Below, one piece after another: positions 56,656 to 64,000 of a stretch of DNA of 64,000 bases (positions within the stretch are counted from its first letter, which is position 1; every line of letters starts with the position of its first letter). Position numbers and translations under genes: made by a program. The stretch is from Verrucomicrobiota bacterium (GTDB lineage: Bacteria; Verrucomicrobiota; Verrucomicrobiia; Limisphaerales; JAEYXS01). The DNA is taken from assembly GCA_023431185.1 (NCBI GenBank), contig JAEYXS010000121.1, positions 6,261 through 70,260 on the forward strand. Reading direction: 5' to 3'. Below the pieces are notes generated by a model. The model had not been told where the DNA came from and did not search any database. It saw only the letters and a program-made list of their open reading frames with translations.

Positions 56656-57130
56656 GTTCAAATAATCAGGTTTTACTGCCTCAATATAACCAAACCCCGC
56701 AAAAGAAACATGCAAAATCCCGCCAACCCGATGTGTCATTCTGTCGCCCCTGTTTTCCATTTTCCGTTCTTCCGTTGTCCTCATGTTTCGTCTCACTTCT
56801 ACTTTTCTGCCTCATACTTTAACAAGGTCACTAGGACAACCGCTGTCCTACCCCCTTTTCTTGAAAAATATTTTAAAACCACATAACCCGTTCCGTATGA
56901 AGTGCTTAACACTCAAATCACGCTTCAAAACCTGACCGTCGCAAATAAATAACAGTGTATCTCACAATTTGCCCGCATCTCGCCCAAGAACGTTTCCCAC
57001 TCATTATTAGGGGTGCGATCTCAAACGTCAGAGACCCGGTGGCTGTGCCGAGGCAACTGGCCCCTTGCTGCCAGATTCTCAGTAACAGTCGTCCGTGACC
57101 TCCGCCGCAGCCCCACTCATCATTGAATTC

Positions 57131-57164
57131 ACCTCGGCACTTTTACATAAGTGCCGAGGTTTTC
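57131..57164 (+). terminator. terminator-like hairpin K2, with no + strand gene upstream
   Basis: ACCTCGGCACTT-ttacat-AAGTGCCGAGGT followed by TTTCTACCG. Same 12-bp stem and tail as K1, with a different loop. Confidence 0.7.
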
Positions 57165-57558
57165 TACCGATTTCGCCGTTTTTGTACCCAGGCAGCCAGC
57201 GAAGTTCCACCCTGACCAGCCACCATCCTTCCTCACGCGTAGCCAGGATTTTTGGGTTCGGGCGAGGCTATGGCGAAGAAGCAGGTTTTTATATACCCTG
57301 TGACTGAACCGCAACGATGCTCGAACCCATAGACCGCTCTCCCAGCTCTTCACTCACTCGGTTACAGGAACATTCAAACCGCTCTCACCTACAGATGAGG
57401 CTTCCGCTGCCACCTCAAAATCGGCACCATCCCTCCGGATTTTATCCGCGCCAAACAACGTCCATTATGACCACGAACTCCCTCGGTGTGGATTGAACTC
57501 CTGAGAGGCTCCTGCCGGGCCGGCTTGCGTCCGGCCCGCTGGCAGTTATCATGACGTG

Positions 57559-58365
57559 ATGGAACTGCTCAAGCATCCACTGCTTCAGTTTGATCCGTCT
57601 CCCTCAACCAGATGGGCACCGGAGGACAAGCCCGTCGTGATTGTGGACGGAGTGTTGCATTACTTGAAGAAAATGTCGGATCCCATTACCGGCTCGGCTG
57701 CTTATGTTGTCGGCGCAGGTGACAAGGACCTGCGTAAACTGGTGACTCAGTTGCAAGTGGAGTATCTCCATTTCTACGAACTTCGCGCCGCCGATCTGGC
57801 TCCCTTGACCGAACTGCATTCGGTGCGTTATCTCAAAATTCATTGGAATACCAAACTCAAGACCTTGGCTGAGATCGGAAAACTGCGGGCACTTAGAGCG
57901 CTGATCCTAGTCGACACTCCAAAGACAGTGGACCTTGGCCCTCTAATAAATCTGACTGAGCTTACGGCACTGGAGTACTCCGGCGGCATCTGGAATCGCA
58001 ACCGTGCTAAGTCCCTTGAGCCCCTGACAGCCCTGCCCAAGCTTACAGAACTCGCCCTTGTGAACTTAACTGTAGATAACGGCGGTCTGCGTCCGCTTGC
58101 AGGTTGCACCTCCCTAAAAAGTCTTTCTCTCTCCAACCAGTTCGAGACGAGCGATTATGCTTTTTTATCAATCGCACTTCCTTCTCTCGAATGCACCATG
58201 CTTGCCCCCTGGGTGCGAGTCAAACTCCTCGATGGTTGTGACACGATGATCGTTGGCAAGAGGAAACCTTTTCTCGACTCAAAGAAAGATTCTTCGAAAA
58301 TCGCGGCCTACGAAGCGGCTTTTCGCCACCTCCAGGAACTCTCCCGCGTCCAGCGGAATACCTAG
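57559..58365 (+). CDS. leucine-rich repeat protein
   Basis: Successive L..L..L..L units such as LRALILVDTPKTVDLGPLINLTELTALEY, LTALPKLTELALVNL and LAGCTSLKSLSLSN. Looks lower in GC by eye. Confidence 0.65.
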   Translation: MELLKHPLLQFDPSPSTRWAPEDKPVVIVDGVLHYLKKMSDPITGSAAYVVGAGDKDLRKLVTQLQVEYLHFYELRAADLAPLTELHSVRYLKIHWNTKLKTLAEIGKLRALRALILVDTPKTVDLGPLINLTELTALEYSGGIWNRNRAKSLEPLTALPKLTELALVNLTVDNGGLRPLAGCTSLKSLSLSNQFETSDYAFLSIALPSLECTMLAPWVRVKLLDGCDTMIVGKRKPFLDSKKDSSKIAAYEAAFRHLQELSRVQRNT

Positions 58366-58383
58366 TTAATCCTTCGGCCAGAC

Positions 58384-61005
58384 TCACCTGAACATCTTGT
58401 TCTTCGGATCACCACCGCTCAACACATACGCGGTGAGGTCGAGGATTTCGTTCTCGGTGAACATGTTCAGCAAGCCATCGGGCATCGGAGACACCTTGGA
58501 GTGCTCCATCTTCACCACCTGCTTGCGGTCCACGCCGATGCGTTGGTTCGGATCGGTGAGATCCGTGTTCACCTGCACCGTGTCGCCATTCAGGTTCACG
58601 ATGATGCCAGAGATGGTTTCACCATCCGCCTTCGTCAGCACCACCGGCACGAACTGCTCGTTGATCTCCTTGCTCGGATCGATGATCTGCTCTAGGAAAT
58701 CGCGCGTGTTATAGCGGCCTCCAGCACCCGTCAGATCCGGCCCCGTCATGCCACCTTCATTGCCGAAGCGATGGCACGCAAAGCACGCCCCCGCTCCGAA
58801 CATCTTGCGACCATTCTCGAAATTTCGGCCCTTGAGTTCCTTGGCAGCAATCGCCTCGATGTCCTTCACCGTCCACTCCTTCACCATGCTGCGTCCGGCG
58901 AACGCCTCCGCCAATGCTTCCAACGGCGATTTCTTAACCGGCTTCTTCGCCAGCAGTTCGGCCAGCTCGGTCTTCTCCGCCGCGCTCAACGTCGCCTCGG
59001 AATCATTGCGGATGAATTCGATGAACTTCTCGAAGCTCGCCCCACCACGATAATTCGCCGCGCGCAGGAACCAGTTGAACTGCTCCGTGCGCAGTTCCTT
59101 GGTCCAGCCCGTCTTCAGCATGCGCAAGGAACGCGCATACTCCATCTGCTCTTCCTGGCCGGGAGCTGCCTTGATCGCCGCCATGCCCTTCGCGGCGATG
59201 GTCGGTGATTGCACCGCCACCAGCGTCTCGCACAGCATCCAGTTCAACGGGAAGTTCTCCGCCGGGAACAGCGGGTCCAGCTTCGCGATGATGCGCTGCG
59301 CCGTCGCCGTATCCGGCTGGCCGAAACGCACCAGAGAGATTTCATATGTGCGGAGCATCGTCAGCCGTTGCTCCTGGTTCAGCTTCTTCCAATCCAGCTT
59401 GTCCAGCGCCGCATAGATCTTCGCCGCGATGGCCGCATCCACCGGCGGGTCCGTCGGCTTGCGATGTTGCGGGTCGATGCCTGCGGCACGTGCCAAGCCC
59501 ATCAAAGCCTCCACCTGCTTGCCTGCATTCTTCTCGCTCAGGGCCTTGTCCGCCCACGCGGCATAAGGCTGCCACTCCAGCGCTGTCCGTGCCGCCCAGC
59601 GCAGATATCGGTCGCTGCTGTCCAGGTGCGGCCACGCGGCCGTGATCGCCTTCGGGTCCGCCTTGCCATGATACGCCTCCAGCGAATGCCGCACCGCCCG
59701 TGCCTTGGCCGCCGCAGAATCCGCTTTAGGTTTGGCGGGCGCAGTGGATTCACTTCCCGTGTAAGTCACACGATAAAGCCCCGACTGCACCTTGCGCCCG
59801 CCGATGGCGAAATACATCGCCCCATCTCCCGGATGGATGATCGCATCCGTCAGCGGCAATGGCGCTCCCGAGATGAATTCCTCCCGCGTGGCCGTGTAGC
59901 TGGAACCATCCGGTTTCAGATGCACCGCGTAAAGTTTGCCCCAGCTCCAGTCGAGGATGTAGAACGCGTCCTGATACTTCGCCGGGAACTTCGCCCCGTA
60001 ACCAAACGTCACGCCCGTCGGCGATCCCGGCCCGATGTTCACCACCGCCCCGAGATTGTCCGGATACCACTCCGGCCGTTTGCCCGCGCCATTGCGCCAG
60101 CCATATTCGCTGCCGCTGGTCACGTGATTCACGCGCGTAGGCCGGTACCAAGGCGTGTTGAAATCATACTCCATGTCCGCATCATACGTGAACAGCTCAC
60201 CATCGCGATTGATCGCCGCATCGAAAATGTTGCGGTAACCCGAGGAGTAAGCCTCAAAATCTTTCCCATCCAACGACACGCGATAGATGATGCCGCCCGG
60301 TCCCAGCACCTCGCGCATGAACCCGCGCCCATCCGGCATGCGCGGCAGGACATGATCCTCACCCCAGATCAAAGGCACGCGGGAGGAACTGAACTGCGTG
60401 GCCTTGGTGGAATTGCCCGTGATGAGGAAAATGGATTTGTTATCCGGTGCGGGCACGATGGCATGCACACCGTGATCGCCCCGCGCTTGCAATTCGCGCA
60501 ACATCTCCACCTTGTCGAGCGTATCATCACCCTTGGACGAAGTGATGCGATAGAGCCCGCTCGGGATCTTGCCCTCGTAATCGTTCACCGCCGCATACAA
60601 CCCGTTGTTGAACCAAAGCAGGCCGTTCACCGCCCGTATCTCAGCCGGGATCTTCTCGATATTCGCGGCCTGCAAGGGCTGGCCGGGCGCAGGCGGCGCG
60701 AAGCGGTACAACCCACCGTACTGATCGCTCGCGATGATGCGACCCTTGCCATCCGTGCAGAGGTTCACCCATGACCCCTGCTCGGCGGAAGGCACGGAGT
60801 AGAGCAGTTCCACCTTAAAATCCTTCATCGCCTTGATGCGCGAGACTGGTGTGGCCTTATTCTCGTTCACCGCTGGTCCGGCCGTCTGGCGCGGCGCGGC
60901 TTTTTTGGCCTTCTCCTTCTGTTTGGACTCCGCCGCATTTTGGGCGGAGACGGTCAAAAGACCAAAAGTCAGCGTCAGGGCAGCACACTTGAGCAAAATT
61001 TTCAT
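58384..61005 (-). CDS. PVC-type heme-binding (CxxCH) dehydrogenase-like protein: propeller + HEAT-like + C-terminal cytochrome c domain
   Basis: Signal peptide, an N-terminal propeller-like region, and C-terminal CFACHRFGNEGG. 873 aa. Confidence 0.7.
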   Translation of the reverse strand: MKILLKCAALTLTFGLLTVSAQNAAESKQKEKAKKAAPRQTAGPAVNENKATPVSRIKAMKDFKVELLYSVPSAEQGSWVNLCTDGKGRIIASDQYGGLYRFAPPAPGQPLQAANIEKIPAEIRAVNGLLWFNNGLYAAVNDYEGKIPSGLYRITSSKGDDTLDKVEMLRELQARGDHGVHAIVPAPDNKSIFLITGNSTKATQFSSSRVPLIWGEDHVLPRMPDGRGFMREVLGPGGIIYRVSLDGKDFEAYSSGYRNIFDAAINRDGELFTYDADMEYDFNTPWYRPTRVNHVTSGSEYGWRNGAGKRPEWYPDNLGAVVNIGPGSPTGVTFGYGAKFPAKYQDAFYILDWSWGKLYAVHLKPDGSSYTATREEFISGAPLPLTDAIIHPGDGAMYFAIGGRKVQSGLYRVTYTGSESTAPAKPKADSAAAKARAVRHSLEAYHGKADPKAITAAWPHLDSSDRYLRWAARTALEWQPYAAWADKALSEKNAGKQVEALMGLARAAGIDPQHRKPTDPPVDAAIAAKIYAALDKLDWKKLNQEQRLTMLRTYEISLVRFGQPDTATAQRIIAKLDPLFPAENFPLNWMLCETLVAVQSPTIAAKGMAAIKAAPGQEEQMEYARSLRMLKTGWTKELRTEQFNWFLRAANYRGGASFEKFIEFIRNDSEATLSAAEKTELAELLAKKPVKKSPLEALAEAFAGRSMVKEWTVKDIEAIAAKELKGRNFENGRKMFGAGACFACHRFGNEGGMTGPDLTGAGGRYNTRDFLEQIIDPSKEINEQFVPVVLTKADGETISGIIVNLNGDTVQVNTDLTDPNQRIGVDRKQVVKMEHSKVSPMPDGLLNMFTENEILDLTAYVLSGGDPKNKMFR

Positions 61006-61278
61006 AGGACTTGGAAATGATTAGAGCAGAAGTCCCGCCGAGTGCAAACCGGGAGTTGGTTATAGCTGAAAATAAACCCGCCCCACCAAGCATTTTATCT
61101 GATACCTCCGGCCCGCTCATCCCGTCTGGCTAGTTTGTCTCTTTTCAAATGCCAATCCATGAAACCACCCGCTTGGCATACTCTGCCGCGCTTATGCTTG
61201 ACCAACCTGCCGGATTGAACTTTCGTTCACTGAACCCAATGTCGTCCGGTCCATTGAATATTTTAACCCTCACACCAT

Positions 61279-62166
61279 ATGAAAGCGATTCTCAGCCTCC
61301 TCATCGCCGCTTGGATGCTCACCCCGGCCCTCGCCCAAGATGGCGGCTCCAAGCTAACCAGCAATATCCCCTACGTGCCTAATGGACACGACCGACAAGT
61401 GCTGGACATCTACGCCCCCATTGGCGCGAAGAACCTGCCCGTCGTGTTCTGGATTCACGGTGGTGGCTGGCAGGCGGGCGACAAGACCAGCGTGCAGCTA
61501 AAACCCAAGGCCTTTGTCGAGAAAGGCTTCGTCTTCGTCTCCACGAACTACCGACTGCTCCCCCATGTGGAGATGGACGCCATCATCAAGGACATCGCCA
61601 AATCCCTCGCGTGGACCCATCGGAACATCGCCCAGCACGGCGGCGATCCCAAGCGCATCCTCGTCATGGGCCATTCCGCTGGCGCACAACTCGCCGCCCT
61701 CATCTCCATTGATGACCGTTACCTGAAGGCCGAAGGCCTCGACCTCTCCTTCATCAAAGGCTGCGTGCCCGTCGATGGCGACACCTACGACATCCCCGCC
61801 ATGATCGAGACCGCCGAGACCCGTAATCGCGTGCATGGCCTCCCCCAGCCGAATTACGGTCACCGCCTGAAATTCGGCAACGACCCCGCCAAGCACATCG
61901 ATTACTCCGCCATCACCCACATCGCCCCCGGCAAAAACATCCCGCCCTTCCTCATCCTGCATGTAGCCGATCATCCGGATAACACCGCCCAGGCCAAACG
62001 CCTCAATGCCAAACTCACCGAAGCCAAGATTTCCTCCAAAGCCTACGGTGCCAAAGAAACCAATCATACGCGCATCAACGCTAATTTAGGTATCCCAGAT
62101 GATCTTTCGACCATTGAGCTTTTCGCCTTCATCCAGCGCGCCCTGCAAACAAGCCCGACAAAATGA
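61279..62166 (+). CDS. alpha/beta hydrolase (esterase/lipase-like), secreted
   Basis: Signal peptide. HGGGW oxyanion motif and GHSAG nucleophile elbow. Confidence 0.8.
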   Translation: MKAILSLLIAAWMLTPALAQDGGSKLTSNIPYVPNGHDRQVLDIYAPIGAKNLPVVFWIHGGGWQAGDKTSVQLKPKAFVEKGFVFVSTNYRLLPHVEMDAIIKDIAKSLAWTHRNIAQHGGDPKRILVMGHSAGAQLAALISIDDRYLKAEGLDLSFIKGCVPVDGDTYDIPAMIETAETRNRVHGLPQPNYGHRLKFGNDPAKHIDYSAITHIAPGKNIPPFLILHVADHPDNTAQAKRLNAKLTEAKISSKAYGAKETNHTRINANLGIPDDLSTIELFAFIQRALQTSPTK

Positions 62167-62244
62167 AACTACGTCTGATACTGGGCGTACTCGGACAATG
62201 CCCCCGAATTGCCAATGGCTCAGGAAAGCCAAACGACGCTCCAC

Positions 62245-62295
62245 CACCCTCGCCCCTCGGAGGGGAGAGGGCCGGGGTGAGGGGTGCCGGTTTTT
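62245..62295 (+). repeat. GC-rich imperfect palindromic element followed by a T-run
   Basis: CACCCTCGCCCCTCGGAGGGGAGAGGGCCGGGGTGAGGGGTGCCGGTTTTT, between the esterase and sulfatase genes. Confidence 0.6.
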
Positions 62296-62336
62296 CGCAT
62301 TCTCCTTTCTTAACTTTCTTAGCGGGCATTGCCAAG

Positions 62337-63809
62337 ATGCGCCCTCTGTTACTTCTGCTGTTGCTCTGCACTGTCAGCGGGAATCTCCTCGCTGCCGCCC
62401 AGCCCAACATCGTTTACATCCTGGCGGATGACCTCGGCTACGGCGATGTCCAGGCGCTCAATCCACAGCGCGGCAAGATCAAGACCCCGCATCTCGATAA
62501 ACTGGCCGCCCAAGGCATGACCTTCACCGACGCGCACAGCGGCTCCGCCGTCTGCACGCCCACACGTTATGGCTTGTTGACCGGACGCTATGCCTGGCGT
62601 ACCCGCCTGCAAAGCGGCGTGCTCGATGGCTACGTGGAACCGCTCATCGCCGCCGACCGCTTGACCGTGCCTGCCTTCCTGAAACAACAAGGCTACCACA
62701 CCGCCTGCATCGGCAAATGGCATCTCGGCTACACCATCGTCGGAGCCGGAAAAGATGGCGGCGGCAAAGACGCTAAGAAACTCTCCATGATGGGCGCGCC
62801 CATCGGAGCGATCACTCGTGATGGCCCCATCACTCGCGGATTCGACCTCTTCTACGGTTTCCATCACGCCCGCATGATGCGGTCATTCTTCGAGCAAGAT
62901 CGCGTGACCCAGCTCATCGAGCCCGTGGACGCCTTGTCCGCCCTCACCGCTCGGGCCGCCAGCTACATCACCGAACGGGCGAAGACCGGGCAACCCTTCT
63001 TCCTCTATCTTCCGCTTAGCTCACCTCACACACCCATCGTCCCATCTAAAGAGTGGAAGGGCAAAAGCGGCTTGGGCGAATACGCCGACTTCGTCATGCA
63101 AACTGACGCCACCGTGGGCTCCGTGCTGGCCGCCCTGGATTCCGCAGACGTGGCGGATAACACCCTCGTCATCTTCACCAGCGATAACGGTTGCTCGCCC
63201 GCCGCCAAGGTGGACGCACTGGAGAAACAGGGCCACTTCGCCAGTGCCCAGTATCGCGGTTACAAGGCCGACATCTGGGAAGGCGGCCATCGCGTAACTT
63301 TCCTGGTGCGCTGGCCAAGCAAGGTCAAGCCCGGTTCGCAGAGCGGCCAAACCATTTGCCACACGGATCTCATGGCCACTTGCGCCGATCTGTTCGGGGT
63401 TAAGCTTCCCACCACTGCCGCTGAAGACAGCCTCAGCATCCTCCCAGCCCTGCTGGGCAAGGATAAGAAACCCCTGCGCGAAGCCACCGTGCATCACAGC
63501 ATCAACGGCAGATTCGCCATCCGCCAAGGTTCCTGGAAACTGGAACTCTGCCCCGGTTCCGGTGGTTGGGGTAAACCTGGCGACAACGAGGCGAAGCAAC
63601 AAGGCCTGCCTGAACTGCAGCTTTACAACCTCAGTGACGACCCGGCCGAAACGAAGAACCTGGCCGATAAAGAAACCGCCGTGGTGAACCGCTTGCGCAC
63701 GTTGCTCGAAAGCTACGTCACCCATGGCCGCAGCACTCCCGGCCCCAAGCAATCCAACGACGTCGCGGTTGAACTCCTAAAGACTGACCGCAACTCCAAA
63801 AAGAAATGA
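62337..63809 (+). CDS. arylsulfatase (formylglycine-dependent)
   Basis: Signal [29 protein letters not shown] and [10 protein letters not shown] (CxPxR). The ORF-track upstream extension crosses a GC-rich repeat element. Confidence 0.9.
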   Translation: MRPLLLLLLLCTVSGNLLAAAQPNIVYILADDLGYGDVQALNPQRGKIKTPHLDKLAAQGMTFTDAHSGSAVCTPTRYGLLTGRYAWRTRLQSGVLDGYVEPLIAADRLTVPAFLKQQGYHTACIGKWHLGYTIVGAGKDGGGKDAKKLSMMGAPIGAITRDGPITRGFDLFYGFHHARMMRSFFEQDRVTQLIEPVDALSALTARAASYITERAKTGQPFFLYLPLSSPHTPIVPSKEWKGKSGLGEYADFVMQTDATVGSVLAALDSADVADNTLVIFTSDNGCSPAAKVDALEKQGHFASAQYRGYKADIWEGGHRVTFLVRWPSKVKPGSQSGQTICHTDLMATCADLFGVKLPTTAAEDSLSILPALLGKDKKPLREATVHHSINGRFAIRQGSWKLELCPGSGGWGKPGDNEAKQQGLPELQLYNLSDDPAETKNLADKETAVVNRLRTLLESYVTHGRSTPGPKQSNDVAVELLKTDRNSKKK

Positions 63810-64000
63810 GCGTCATGCGTCATTCCTCAAAAATCTTCAACCTCCTCATCCTGCTGACCGCGCTTGCCACAGCTTTGGAAGCAGCGGACGCCCGGAAGCC
63901 CAATATTCTCCTGATCTATTCCGACGATCACGGCTGGGCTGATCTGGGCGCGCAAGGAATAGACAAGGACATCCGCACTCCGAATCTGGACCAACTGGCC
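63806..64000 (+). CDS. second sulfatase, 3' end cut by window edge (not in the ORF track)
   Basis: ATG at 63806 overlaps the upstream stop (ATGA). The frame is open to the window end: [44 protein letters not shown]. Confidence 0.75.
   Translation, partial: MSVMRHSSKIFNLLILLTALATALEAADARKPNILLIYSDDHGWADLGAQGIDKDIRTPNLDQLA

Noticed and set aside
57185-57250. Minus-strand sequence GAGGAAGGATGGTGGCTGGTCAGGGTGGAAC, which resembles the SRP (4.5S) RNA helix-8 motif GGUCAGGUCCGGAAGGAAGCAGC
   Set aside because: The order and pairing of the motif parts do not reproduce the conserved symmetric and asymmetric loops or a GNRA tetraloop. This needs a covariance-model search before any claim.

Overview
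GC-rich bacterial chromosomal segment. No database or HMM search was possible, so every family name comes from reading the translations and recalling motifs. Gene content points to the PVC superphylum, probably Verrucomicrobiota or Planctomycetota (inference only): a DUF1501 + PSCyt/DUF1549/DUF1553 pair, a PVC-type heme-binding dehydrogenase-like protein, several sulfatases, long-form IspG, and giant kinase-PEGA and TIR-WD40 proteins. I support about 47 protein genes. Housekeeping blocks are cdsA-dxr-rseP-ispG, tilS-ftsH, fabD, a class I DAHP synthase, mlaEFD, maf and a fused trhO/rluA-like gene. Carbohydrate and sulfatase genes include a UxaA-like protein, a GH13+GDE fusion and two sulfatases. 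I recognised no rRNA, tRNA, CRISPR array, transposase, integrase or reverse transcriptase. Most worth a second look: (1) two giant single-pass receptor-like proteins, one TIR-TM-coiled coil-16xWD40 (37911-42119) and one Ser/Thr kinase-TM-PEGA array-Cys-less FGE-like domain (10278-14528); (2) a modular family of intergenic repeats that gene models do not explain. Its parts are a conserved 23-nt hairpin motif next to stop codons, arrays of heptamer repeats ending in a C-run, a GTAG-initiated 24-mer, and a 12-bp-stem terminator-like hairpin with no upstream gene. All copies are in one orientation and are concentrated around a small-gene accessory stretch (about 14.5-21.4 kb), part of which looks lower in GC; (3) a duplicated ~100-nt leader upstream of two neighbouring unrelated genes; (4) a membrane-anchored transglutaminase-like peptidase next to an output-less CHASE3/PAS protein. 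Long ORFs antisense to well-supported genes were treated as GC-rich frame artefacts.
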